Assembly: GCA_963845535.1 (NCBI GenBank)
Contig: CAWJSK010000015.1
Coordinates: 64,001-128,000 of the forward strand
DNA from: an uncultured Spirochaetota bacterium
GTDB lineage: Bacteria > Spirochaetota > Spirochaetia > SZUA-6 > Fen-1364
Direction of reading: 5' to 3'
DNA: 64,000 nt
Below the pieces are notes generated by a model that was not told where the DNA came from, did not search any database, and saw nothing but the letters and a program-made list of their open reading frames with translations. The translations under genes were made by a program, and so were the position numbers. The first letter of the stretch is position 1. Each line of letters starts with the position of its first letter. This document shows, in pieces, positions 46,645 to 56,437 of the stretch.

Positions 46645-47670
46645 TGTCGTGGAGAGGCCGGCGAGCGCAGCCTCACTGCCGTCCACGCGGCTCATCATGA
46701 GCGCAAAATCTGCGGGTATGGCTGACCTGATGAGCGTGCGTTCGCCGGTGAAAGGGTGGACGAACTCGGATGCCTCGGCGTGGAGGCAGTGGCGGCACGG
46801 GAATGAGCCGTCCGGTCCCGTGCCGCCGCTCTTCTGATACTCCAGAAACAGAGATTCATCCTTGTAGAGGAGGTCTCCCCAGACCGGGTGTCCGATGGCA
46901 GAAAGATGAGCCCTGATCTGGTGCTGGCGTCCAGTCCGGGGAAAGACGGCCAGGAGCGTGTACGCCGCAAAGCGGCGCAGCACGGTGAAGTCAGTGACCG
47001 ACGCACGGCCGCTCTCACGCGGCGTGACGCGCAGCCGTGTGTTGCTGGACGGATCAGGTCCCAGAGGGAGATCGATCCGGCCCTGGTCATTCGCGACGAC
47101 CCCTTCCACCAGCGCAATGTATCTCTTGATGATCCTTCCGCCCGCGGCAAGGTCCTGCATCCGGCGCAGGGCGCCGCCGGTCTTTGCAGCGAGAATCACG
47201 CCGCTCGTGAAGACGTCGAGCCTGTTGACCAGCCGGGGATAGAACTCTCCGTCCGAGCCGAGGCTCGCGCGGACCTCCGCGGCGAACCGCTCGCGCACGA
47301 ACTGGATGACCGTGTCGCTCTGGAACCTGCCCGTGGGATGCGACGCGACTCCGGCCGGCTTGTCCACGGCGATGATGTGCTCGTCCTGATAGAGGATTGC
47401 GAACTGTCGGCAGGGCCCGGATGACGGCGCGCTTCTCCAGAACACCGTGATGATGTCCCCGGCGCGAAGCCTTGCGGATGTCGCATACCGCCGTCCGTTG
47501 AGGAGGGACTCGCCTGTCTGTATCTTCTGGCGGATCCGCGTGCGAGAGACGGAGGGCAGCGCAAAGGCAAGGAAAGCATCAGCCCTCAAGCCGCTGAGCG
47601 CGGGCTCGACAGCCAGGAAGGAGGGGGACGGGGCAGCTTCAGGCGCCCGGCCCCCCTGGTCCGGGCTCAC
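46630..47670 (-). CDS. RluA-family pseudouridine synthase
   Basis: S4-like N-terminus, VDKPAG, NRLDVFTSG, TGRQHQIRAHL, GDLLY. Confidence 0.93.
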   Translation of the reverse strand: MSPDQGGRAPEAAPSPSFLAVEPALSGLRADAFLAFALPSVSRTRIRQKIQTGESLLNGRRYATSARLRAGDIITVFWRSAPSSGPCRQFAILYQDEHIIAVDKPAGVASHPTGRFQSDTVIQFVRERFAAEVRASLGSDGEFYPRLVNRLDVFTSGVILAAKTGGALRRMQDLAAGGRIIKRYIALVEGVVANDQGRIDLPLGPDPSSNTRLRVTPRESGRASVTDFTVLRRFAAYTLLAVFPRTGRQHQIRAHLSAIGHPVWGDLLYKDESLFLEYQKSGGTGPDGSFPCRHCLHAEASEFVHPFTGERTLIRSAIPADFALMMSRVDGSEAALAGLSTTSLLP

Positions 47671-49097
47671 GGGCTGAGCCCTATGCTGATGTCCTTTCCG
47701 TTCCGTAGTATCCCGAAGGTGACCGTGCGCCGGGCGGAGTCGTTCAACGCCTTGTAGTAATCCATCATGGAGCGCACCGCCCTGCCGTTGATGGACGTGA
47801 TGATGTCTGCGGTCTGGATTCCCGCCACGGCGGCCGGGGTATTCTGATCAGGCATGTCCCCGACAATGACTCCGCGGACGCCTCGAGGGATGGTCTGGTC
47901 CTGGCGCACTTCATCCGTGATGGGGATGGCGGTCAGCCCCGGCCACAGGTTCTTCGACTGGGCCACCCGGTCCTGGTCATCACGTCTCCCGATGGTCACG
48001 CGCACGGTGAAGGGCCTTCCGTAACGCATGACGGTGAACTCCTCGGAGTCACCCGCGCGCAGGGACCCGATGACCTGGCTGAGCTCGTCTTTGTCGTGGA
48101 CGACCTTTCCGTTCATCCTCGTCACGAAGTCCCCGGGGAGGAGCCCCGCGCGGTCAGCGGGGGAGCCCCGATACAGGTTCCATATGAACGCCCCCTTCGT
48201 GCCGTCCACTTTCAGGTCTTTCGCGATTGCCAGGGACGGGCCGCTGTCCTGGATGTCCCCGATCTGCACGCCGAGCCACCCGTACTCGACCCGGCCCTTT
48301 GAAATGAAGTCGTCAATGGCCTGCCGGGCGTTGTTGATAGGTATGGCGAATCCGAGCCCGACGTTCCCTCCGCTGGGGGCGGCAATCCACGTGTTCATGC
48401 CGATCACCTGGCCGCGGATGTTCACGAGGGCGCCGCCGGAGTTGCCCTGGTTGATCGGCGCGTCCGTCTGCACATAGTCGGTGTAGGTGGCTACGTCGCT
48501 CGTGGGGGCCCGGCGTCCTATCGCGCTCACGATCCCCATTGTCACCGAGGATGTGAACCCCAGGGGATTGCCGACGGCAAACACGATGTCGCCGACCTCA
48601 AGCGTGTTGGAATCCCCCAGCTCGGCGATGCCCACGTCATCCCCGGTTTGGAATGAGACGAGCGCCACATCCTTGCGCGGGTCCGTACCGACGACTTTCG
48701 CCTTGAAGATGCGGCCGTCGTTCGTCTTGACGCTGATGTCCGTGGCATCCTTGACCACGTGGTTGTTGGTCAGCACATAGATGACGTTCCCTGCCCTGCG
48801 CACGATGATTCCGGACCCCAGGCCGGACTGGCGGAACGATCGCTCTCCGCCGTTGGGCTGCGGCTGGCCGAAGAACCAATCGAAAGGAAGCTCCAGTTGC
48901 GGCAGTCTCTGCTTGATCACTTCCGTGACGTCGATCTCGACGACGACGGGAAGCACCTTTTGCGCCACCGCCCGGAAAGCAGTCTGCATGGACTGAAGCG
49001 CGCCGGGGACCTGGGCAGAGACGAACGTCGGGACGGCGAGCAAGAGCACCGTGGCCAGGAGCGCCGCTTTTCGCGGCGTCGCACTTCTCATTTTCAT
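47667..49097 (-). CDS. HtrA/DegP (Do) serine protease with 2 PDZ domains
   Basis: GLGSGII, LTNNHVV, QTDAPINQGNSGGAL; paralog of 44198-45735. Confidence 0.95.
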   Translation of the reverse strand: MKMRSATPRKAALLATVLLLAVPTFVSAQVPGALQSMQTAFRAVAQKVLPVVVEIDVTEVIKQRLPQLELPFDWFFGQPQPNGGERSFRQSGLGSGIIVRRAGNVIYVLTNNHVVKDATDISVKTNDGRIFKAKVVGTDPRKDVALVSFQTGDDVGIAELGDSNTLEVGDIVFAVGNPLGFTSSVTMGIVSAIGRRAPTSDVATYTDYVQTDAPINQGNSGGALVNIRGQVIGMNTWIAAPSGGNVGLGFAIPINNARQAIDDFISKGRVEYGWLGVQIGDIQDSGPSLAIAKDLKVDGTKGAFIWNLYRGSPADRAGLLPGDFVTRMNGKVVHDKDELSQVIGSLRAGDSEEFTVMRYGRPFTVRVTIGRRDDQDRVAQSKNLWPGLTAIPITDEVRQDQTIPRGVRGVIVGDMPDQNTPAAVAGIQTADIITSINGRAVRSMMDYYKALNDSARRTVTFGILRNGKDISIGLSP

Positions 49098-49288
49098 CAA
49101 AGAAAACCTCCCCAGCAAAGTATACCTACACGGTTCGTGAGGTGTTATCAATATGATGGATGTTAATTTTCGTTAACGTGAGGCGCAGCGGGAATTTTTT
49201 GCGCGGCTCGAATTGACACTCCAGCGGCGGGGGGATACCCTTTTGGAGGGATGGAGGGCCGTTCACTGGCTTACATCCGGAGATTGCC

Positions 49289-51250
49289 ATGAAAACAAAC
49301 AAGAAACTGGTCCTGGCCCTCGTGTGCCTGCTGATTGCGCTGGCATGCGCCTCCTCTGCGTGGGCGGATCCGCCTGACAGGGTGGGCCGCCTCAACCTTA
49401 TTTCAGGAACGGTTTCATTCCACCCTGGCAGCCTCGAGGACTGGGTCCCGGCAACGTTGAACTATCCGCTCACCACGGGGGACAACCTGTGGACGGACCA
49501 GGACGGGGAAGCGGAGATCCACGTCGACTCCACGGCCATCCGCCTGGCCTCCAATACGGAGTTCTCCTTCCTGAACCTCGATGACCAGACCATACAGATC
49601 CAGCTTTCCACGGGATCGCTCAACATCAGGCTGCGCCGCCTGGATCCCAACGAGGTTGTGGAGATCGACACGCCGAACTCCAGCCTCTCCCTGACAAGGC
49701 CGGGCAGCTACCGCATCGACGTGCAGGAAACAGGGGACACGAGCCTTACGGTACGCTCAGGCGAGGCGGGGGGCACCGCCGGTGACTCCTCGTTCTCTGC
49801 GTTCCCTGAGCAGTCGGTCGACATATCAGGCCTGGACTCCCCGAGCTATGACGTGGCGGCTGCGGATCCACCTGATGAGTGGGACCAGTGGTGTGAGGCC
49901 CGGGACCGCGCGGAGGACAGAATGGTCTCAGCGCAGTACGTGCCTCGGGAGATGAACGGGATCGAGGACCTGGATGCAAACGGCACGTGGCGCGTCGTTC
50001 CGGGGTACGGGCCCGTGTGGCAGCCCACCGTGGTTGTCGCGGGATGGGCGCCGTATCGCTACGGTCATTGGGCCTGGGTGGACCCGTGGGGATGGACCTG
50101 GGTGGATGACGCCCCGTGGGGTTTTGCTCCCTTTCATTACGGCCGGTGGGCTTTCATCGGGGGGGCCTGGGGGTGGATTCCGGGAAGGATCGTGACGCGA
50201 CCGGTGTACGCTCCCGCGCTCGTGGTCTTTGTCGGAGGCAACGGATGGGGGTCCTCACACGTTGCCGGGGGCGGCGTCGCGTGGTTCCCTCTGGGTCCGC
50301 GTGAGCCGTATATCCCTCCTTATACCGTCAGCAACACCTACGTGCGCAACGTCAACATCAGCCACGTGACCGTTGTGAGCGTGACGTCAGTCAACGTCAC
50401 CACGTATCGCTACGTGAACAGGTCCGTGCCAGGCGCGGTTGTGGCCGTGCCCAACCAGGCGTTCGTCCGGGCCCAGCCCGTGAACAGTTCGGCATTTGTC
50501 GTATCCAACACAGAGGTCATGCAGGCTCCCGTCAGGGGGACCTACGCTCCCATGGCGCCGGAGCGGGAGAGCGTCCTGGGCCGCCCCATGGTGGGTCAGG
50601 CGGCTCGACCCCCGGCCGCGGTGATGTCGCGGCGCATCGTTGTCCGCACGGCCCCGCCTCCTCCACCGGTGCCTTTCGCGGCGCGGCAGCAGGCGCTCCA
50701 GGCGCACCCGGGCCGACCTCTTGATCCCGGCGCGCTTCAGACCTTGAGAAGAGAGTCTCCGGGACCGGCTCCCCGCGTCATTGTCGTGAGCCCGCAGCCC
50801 CGCGGCCAGGGACCTCAACGGGTCCAGGGAGGGCAGGGTCAGCAGCCGGTGAATCCCCAGGGGCCCCAGCCGCAACCGGGCCAGAGGGTGGTCAATCCGG
50901 GGCAGCCCCGGGTTCAACCGGGGCAGCCGGGCCCGCGACCTCAGCCGGCGCCGCAGCCGGCGCCGCAGTCAGGACCGCGCGTACAGCCAGGCGCGCAGCC
51001 CGGACCCCGGGTCCAGACGGGCGGGCAGGGACAGCAGGGCCCCGTGGTAAAGCAGCCCGGACCGCGAGCCCAGCCTGGGGTACGGCGCGGGCCGCAGGGG
51101 CAGGTTGTGCCTCCGGGGAGCGGGCCGGCGGTGAAGCCGCAGGGCGGCTCGCGGCAGAATCCGGGCGCCTCCAATGACGACCTGCTGAAAAAGAAGGTTC
51201 CGCAGGACCAGGGAGGGCAGGGTCAGCCCGGCGGACCGGGCGGCCACTAA
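49289..51250 (+). CDS. Secreted FecR/DUF6600-type protein with Pro/Gln/Gly-rich tail
   Basis: Signal peptide, ADPPDRVGRL, WAPYRYGHW..DDAPWGFAPFHYGRW; paralog of 23912-25793. Confidence 0.85.
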   Translation: MKTNKKLVLALVCLLIALACASSAWADPPDRVGRLNLISGTVSFHPGSLEDWVPATLNYPLTTGDNLWTDQDGEAEIHVDSTAIRLASNTEFSFLNLDDQTIQIQLSTGSLNIRLRRLDPNEVVEIDTPNSSLSLTRPGSYRIDVQETGDTSLTVRSGEAGGTAGDSSFSAFPEQSVDISGLDSPSYDVAAADPPDEWDQWCEARDRAEDRMVSAQYVPREMNGIEDLDANGTWRVVPGYGPVWQPTVVVAGWAPYRYGHWAWVDPWGWTWVDDAPWGFAPFHYGRWAFIGGAWGWIPGRIVTRPVYAPALVVFVGGNGWGSSHVAGGGVAWFPLGPREPYIPPYTVSNTYVRNVNISHVTVVSVTSVNVTTYRYVNRSVPGAVVAVPNQAFVRAQPVNSSAFVVSNTEVMQAPVRGTYAPMAPERESVLGRPMVGQAARPPAAVMSRRIVVRTAPPPPPVPFAARQQALQAHPGRPLDPGALQTLRRESPGPAPRVIVVSPQPRGQGPQRVQGGQGQQPVNPQGPQPQPGQRVVNPGQPRVQPGQPGPRPQPAPQPAPQSGPRVQPGAQPGPRVQTGGQGQQGPVVKQPGPRAQPGVRRGPQGQVVPPGSGPAVKPQGGSRQNPGASNDDLLKKKVPQDQGGQGQPGGPGGH

Positions 51251-51256
51251 GCTTTT

Positions 51257-52975
51257 GTGCTGAGGCGCCGCCAGAGGCGGACAGGGGACGTCGTACAGGG
51301 ACCCGAAGCCCAGTCTCCCGCGGAGACGCGCTACAGGAACATTTTCCAGCATTCCGCGGTTTCTCTATGGGAAGAGGACATTGGCGGAATTCGCGCGGCC
51401 CTCAAGGGGCTGAAAGCCCGGGGCGTCATCGACCTGCGCGCCTGGCTTGATTCCCACCCCGATTTCCTGGATGAAGCCGCGCGTTTGATTCGGGTGGTGG
51501 ACGTAAACGAGGCCACCCTTGCCCTGTACGAGGTGGCCCGGGCGGAATCCCTCAGAGGCCCACTGGAAACGCGGCTGGACCTGCGTGACCCGACGGCTCG
51601 GGCGAGCATGCGCGACAACGTGCTTGCCGTCTGGGAGGACACAAGGTACTGCGCGGCCGAGTCGAATGCCGTGACCACCACCGGCAGGCGGATCGACATC
51701 GCCATCAGGATGTACATCCCGCCAGAGGATGATCCCTACCCTTATATGCTCGTCAGCGTCTTGGACATCACCGCGCGGGTCCAGGCAGAGGCGGCGCTTC
51801 GCCACAGCGAGGAGGAGCTCGCACAGGCCCGCAAGATGGAGGCCGTGGGGAGGCTGGCGGGGGGTGTGGCACACGATTTCAACAACCTCATCACGGTGAT
51901 ACGCGGATACGCGGAGCTCGTAGAGGAAAGCCTCCCGGAGGGAGGTCCCGCCCGGGCGGACATGAGGGAGGTCAAGAGGGCCGCGGACAGGGCGGCCGAC
52001 TTGACGGCCCAGCTCCTTGCGTTCAGCCGCAAGCAGATCCTTCAACCCAGGGTGGTCAGCCTCAACGAAATCGTCCGACGCATGGAGAAAATGCTTCCTC
52101 GCATGATCGGTGAGGACGTCGAGCTCGCGATGCACCTGCAGCCTGACGCGGGAAACGTCAGGGCGGACCAGGGACAGTTGGAGCAGGTGATCATGAACCT
52201 CGCCGCCAACGCGCGTGACGCGATGCCGCGCGGAGGAACGCTGTCCCTTCAGACCGCGAACCTTCGCGCGGATGACGGCCTGCTCGCCGTTCACCCCGAG
52301 ATGGCCCCGGGGGAATACGTCGTGCTCACCGTTACGGATACCGGCACCGGGATGGATTCCCAGATCATCGCCCGGATTTTCGAGCCCTTTTTCACCACCA
52401 AGGAGCTGGGCAAGGGGACAGGCCTGGGGCTCGCCACGGTCTATGGGATCATCAAGCAGAGCGGGGGCTATATCTACTGCTCCAGCGAGCTCGGAAAAGG
52501 GACGAGCTTCCAAGTCTATCTCCCGAAGGTCCTCGAGGCGAGCGCCGCGGATCCGAACGCCCCTTCCCGGGGATCCGCCTATCACGGCGGAGAGACAATC
52601 CTCCTCGTGGAGGACGAGGAAGCGCTTCGCCGCTACTGTCGCGCCATCCTCGAAAGGAACGGGTACAGCGTTCTGGAAGCCTCAAGCGGGGACGAGGCGC
52701 TCGAGGTTGTTGGCTCCCAGAGCGCTGCCGTTCACTTGCTCCTGACGGACGTCGTGATGCCGCGCATGAGCGGCCCTGAGCTGGGGCGAAGGCTGCGCTC
52801 CTTGCAACCCGACGTCAGAATCCTCTATATGACCGGATATTCAGAGGATCTGGCCTCCCGCCATGGCTCTCTGGGGGCTGATGCAGACCTCATCGAAAAA
52901 CCGTTTGACTCGGCCAGCCTTTTGGCGAGGGTCCGCAAAACACTTTCCCCGGGCGCTCGAAATCCTGAAACCTGA
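51257..52975 (+). CDS. Hybrid PAS histidine kinase-receiver (CckA-like)
   Basis: [40 protein letters not shown]. Confidence 0.93.
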   Translation: MLRRRQRRTGDVVQGPEAQSPAETRYRNIFQHSAVSLWEEDIGGIRAALKGLKARGVIDLRAWLDSHPDFLDEAARLIRVVDVNEATLALYEVARAESLRGPLETRLDLRDPTARASMRDNVLAVWEDTRYCAAESNAVTTTGRRIDIAIRMYIPPEDDPYPYMLVSVLDITARVQAEAALRHSEEELAQARKMEAVGRLAGGVAHDFNNLITVIRGYAELVEESLPEGGPARADMREVKRAADRAADLTAQLLAFSRKQILQPRVVSLNEIVRRMEKMLPRMIGEDVELAMHLQPDAGNVRADQGQLEQVIMNLAANARDAMPRGGTLSLQTANLRADDGLLAVHPEMAPGEYVVLTVTDTGTGMDSQIIARIFEPFFTTKELGKGTGLGLATVYGIIKQSGGYIYCSSELGKGTSFQVYLPKVLEASAADPNAPSRGSAYHGGETILLVEDEEALRRYCRAILERNGYSVLEASSGDEALEVVGSQSAAVHLLLTDVVMPRMSGPELGRRLRSLQPDVRILYMTGYSEDLASRHGSLGADADLIEKPFDSASLLARVRKTLSPGARNPET

Positions 52976-53299
52976 TACGTATCGGAATCCCTTGACATGA
53001 TTTTGCGATTTTCATTAACCTGTTCGCGTGTGGGGTGATGCTGTCACCTATCAGTCATCTCATGCGCGTCTCGGACAGCTGACAATCACATCACTGTATC
53101 TTCCTCTAATCGGCAGACGCAGCCCCGCGGTCTGTCCTTTGGCACCGTCTCTGCGCCGCGGCCCGGAAAGGAGGTGGTGAGGCACGGCACCGCCGCGCGG
53201 GGCCTTTGCGTGTCTCTTGGAAATCGCGTTTCGCGCGATACGGCCTGGGCTATCGCATCTGTCATGATGCAAGAGTCTTTGCGAGAAGGAGTGGAACGT

Positions 53300-54628
53300 A
53301 TGAGAAGAATCCATGGTGTCATATGCATTTTCGTTGCAGCCTTGCTGGTGACCGGCGCTGCGGCGGCGTTTGCCGGGGGCAAAGCGGAAGGAGGGGGGGC
53401 GAAGGGAAGCCTCTCGTTCTGGGCCATGCCCTTTGTCACCCAGGAAGTCTCTCCCGATTACGTGAAGCAATGGATGGCGAACGTCAAGACCGTCCTTCCT
53501 GATTACAACGTCGACAATTTCTTCGGGCCCGGGGACTATGGACCGCAGAGAGACAAGTACCTGGTGCAGGCGCAAAGCGGCTCACCGGACGTGATTGAAG
53601 GTCTCCTCGAGGACACCGCCGTGTACGTCCAGAAGGGCGACATCGAGCCGCTGGATTCCTATTTCACTAGCTGGGCGGACAAGAGCCAGTTCGTTCCAGC
53701 GACGCTTGCCCCGCTCACGATCAACGGCAAGCTGTACGGCATTCCCTATAACACGAATGCGCGGGGATTGATTTATCGCAAGGATGTCCTGGACCAGTAC
53801 AACCTGTCGGTCCCCAAGACGTGGTCCGACCTGATCACCACCGCGCAGGCGATAACCAAGGCCTCCAACAAGCAGATGTGGGGTTTGTTCCTCTGCACGA
53901 AGGTGGGTGATCCGCGGGCTCCGCAGGAGTTCATCTCCTGGTGGTTCCAGGTCGGGGAAGGGAAGCCGATGTTCACCGTGTCGGGAAGCCAGAAGACGTA
54001 CAACCCGACCGTCGACCAGCTTGAGAAAATCCTGACGCTCTATGGACAGGCCTTCACGGGGGACAACCCCGCGGCGAACCCGGACGAGCGTGGCAACGGA
54101 TGGCCCAGCGAAGACCCGGGCTACGCCTCCGGCAAGTGGGCCATGGCGCCCGAGGGACCGTGGCTCTGGGGCAGGCGCAAGGATGATCCGACGGCGCAGA
54201 AGATACTCGACTCCTCCGTCGTGACCGCCCTCCCCGTCCCTGATGGCGGCGTTGCCGGCACGTATCTCGAAGTGAAGCCCATCATGATGAACCACTATTC
54301 CAAGGACAAGGCGGGAGCCTGGAAGCTGATCCAGTTCATCACCTCGAAGGAGAACATGGGGAACTGGATGGCGAGCTCGGGAGGAATCCCAGCCCGCACG
54401 GATTCCCTGGACCTGCCTGTCTTCCAGGGCCCCCTGGGGAACTGGATCAAGATGTTCGCGGCCCTGCTTCCGCAGGCCCACGCGCAGGAACCCATCAATT
54501 GGGGCCCTGTCAGTGACGCCAACATGCGAGCGGTCAACTTTGTCATCTACGCCCAGAAGTCCCCGCATGACGCGGCGCAGTGGCTCCATGACACTGTTCA
54601 GGCGCTCGTGACGAACGGACAGATCTAG
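53300..54628 (+). CDS. Carbohydrate ABC transporter substrate-binding protein (CUT1)
   Basis: Signal AFAGGKAE; NGKLYGIPY..YRKD..PKTW. Confidence 0.9.
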   Translation: MRRIHGVICIFVAALLVTGAAAAFAGGKAEGGGAKGSLSFWAMPFVTQEVSPDYVKQWMANVKTVLPDYNVDNFFGPGDYGPQRDKYLVQAQSGSPDVIEGLLEDTAVYVQKGDIEPLDSYFTSWADKSQFVPATLAPLTINGKLYGIPYNTNARGLIYRKDVLDQYNLSVPKTWSDLITTAQAITKASNKQMWGLFLCTKVGDPRAPQEFISWWFQVGEGKPMFTVSGSQKTYNPTVDQLEKILTLYGQAFTGDNPAANPDERGNGWPSEDPGYASGKWAMAPEGPWLWGRRKDDPTAQKILDSSVVTALPVPDGGVAGTYLEVKPIMMNHYSKDKAGAWKLIQFITSKENMGNWMASSGGIPARTDSLDLPVFQGPLGNWIKMFAALLPQAHAQEPINWGPVSDANMRAVNFVIYAQKSPHDAAQWLHDTVQALVTNGQI

Positions 54629-54636
54629 TTTTTTCA

Positions 54637-54683
54637 GGCGCGGTGGGGAGGAGATTCCCCATCGCGCCACCTTCCTCTTTTTT
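54637..54683 (+). terminator. Intercistronic hairpin (attenuator/stabiliser) after the binding-protein gene
   Basis: GGCGCGGTGGGGA..TCCCCATCGCGCC followed by a T-rich run. Confidence 0.65.
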
Positions 54684-54703
54684 GCTGCGCGCAGGAGATA
54701 GAC

Positions 54704-55579
54704 GTGAGACCACGGATCATCCAGGAGAACAGCGGCCTCGCCCTTCTCCTGCCGACCCTCCTCATCATGGCCCTTTTCTCGATCTTCCCCCTGGTGGAGG
54801 GGATCCGCCTCTCTTTCACTGACGCCAACCTCCTCAACAAGGGGGCGCGGGGCATCGGGCTGGCGAACTTCGCGAAGCTTTTCGCTGACCCGGTCTTCTG
54901 GTCTTCCCTGTGGCACTCGCTGATCCTCACGGCGGCGGCGGTCATCCTGCAACTGGTGCTGGGGATGATCCTTGCCCTCGCGTTGAAACAGGAGCTGCCG
55001 GGGATCCGCTTTTTTCGAAGCGTCATCATGGCAAGCTGGGTCATCCCGGTGGCCGCCACCGCGGTGATGTTCACGTTCATGGTGGAACCGGGGTACGGAT
55101 ACGTGAACATCGTGCTTCGGCTGCTCGGCATCAAGGCCAATTCGTTCTGGTTCGGAGACCTCCATGCCGCGCTTCCCGCCATGGTGCTGCTCCACCTCTG
55201 GCGCAATGTCCCCTTCTACGCCATCGCGTTCCTCGCGGCCATGCAGGCCATCCCGCACAGCCTGTACGAGGCCGCGGAGATCGACGGCGCCGGGCCCGTG
55301 CACAGCTTCTTCGGCATTACGGTCCCCGGTTGCCGCAACATGATCATCGTGATGGTGACCATCCATGTGCTGTGGACTTTCAACAACTTCGACATGGTCT
55401 ATCTGACCACCGGCGGCGGTCCGGTATATGCCACGGAGGTGCTCCCCGTGTATCTCTACCAGCAATCCTGGATCAGCTATACGATCGGGTATGCCTCGAG
55501 CATCGGAACGGTGATGTTCGTCCTGCTCATGATCTACTTCATCGTCTATATCCGGATCTATCAGAGACAGCAGGGGTAG
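54704..55579 (+). CDS. Sugar ABC permease (MalF-like)
   Basis: LYEAAEIDGA EAA motif. Confidence 0.93.
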   Translation: MRPRIIQENSGLALLLPTLLIMALFSIFPLVEGIRLSFTDANLLNKGARGIGLANFAKLFADPVFWSSLWHSLILTAAAVILQLVLGMILALALKQELPGIRFFRSVIMASWVIPVAATAVMFTFMVEPGYGYVNIVLRLLGIKANSFWFGDLHAALPAMVLLHLWRNVPFYAIAFLAAMQAIPHSLYEAAEIDGAGPVHSFFGITVPGCRNMIIVMVTIHVLWTFNNFDMVYLTTGGGPVYATEVLPVYLYQQSWISYTIGYASSIGTVMFVLLMIYFIVYIRIYQRQQG

Positions 55580-55582
55580 CGT

Positions 55583-56425
55583 ATGGCCACCAAGCGGCAA
55601 AGACGGGTTGTCCGTATCGTAGTGACGTATCTGATATGTCTCCTGGCGCTTTTCTTCTTCATCTCTCCCATGCTCTGGGTGACATACAGCTCGTTCCGTT
55701 CGACGGACGCCATTTTCAGCGGAAAGATCGGGACGCCGGTGGGGCAATTCACTCTTTCGAATTACGCAACGGTGCTGTCCGTCACGGATTTCCCGAAGTA
55801 CTTCTGGAACTCGCTTCGCATCGGCGTGCTCGTGACGGTGCTCTCCATGGCCCTGTCGATCATCGGCGCGTACGGTTTGAGCCGGTATCCCATCCGCGGC
55901 CGCAACGCGTACATCATGGGGGTCTTCTCCACGCAGATGTTCCCCGTGGTCCTGCTCCTGATCCCGATCTACACGGTCCTCTTTGCCCTCCGCCTCTTCA
56001 ACACCATTGCCGGGGTGGTCTTCGGGCAGCTCATGCTCGTGCTGCCTTTTGCCGCGTGGATGCTGAAGGGCTATTTCGACAACCTCCCAAAGGACATCGA
56101 AGACTCCGCGCGCATCGACGGGTGCAATCTTTGGCAGACCCTTGCACGGGTTGTCCTGCCCATGGCCGCGCCCGGAGTCTCGGTGGCGGCCTTCTACGCG
56201 TTTGTCGTCTCCTGGGGGGACTACCTCGTGGTGTCCGTCATATCGCAGAGCCAGACCACGGCAACGGTCACCCTTGCGCTCCAGAGGCTCGGAAGCGCGC
56301 TCATCCTGCGCTGGGGACAGGTGGCCGCGGCCACCGTGCTGACCATCGTGCCGACCATCCTGCTTTTCTCATTCGTGCAGACGCGTCTTGTTGAGGGGCT
56401 GACCTCAGGGGCCGTGAAGGGATAG
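55583..56425 (+). CDS. Sugar ABC permease (MalG-like)
   Basis: IEDSARIDGC, GLTSGAVKG. Confidence 0.93.
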   Translation: MATKRQRRVVRIVVTYLICLLALFFFISPMLWVTYSSFRSTDAIFSGKIGTPVGQFTLSNYATVLSVTDFPKYFWNSLRIGVLVTVLSMALSIIGAYGLSRYPIRGRNAYIMGVFSTQMFPVVLLLIPIYTVLFALRLFNTIAGVVFGQLMLVLPFAAWMLKGYFDNLPKDIEDSARIDGCNLWQTLARVVLPMAAPGVSVAAFYAFVVSWGDYLVVSVISQSQTTATVTLALQRLGSALILRWGQVAAATVLTIVPTILLFSFVQTRLVEGLTSGAVKG

Positions 56426-56437
56426 GGCAGGCAGCTC

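Noticed and set aside
53582..55747. 721-aa minus-strand ORF
   Set aside because: Antisense shadow of ABC genes, typical of high-GC codon bias.
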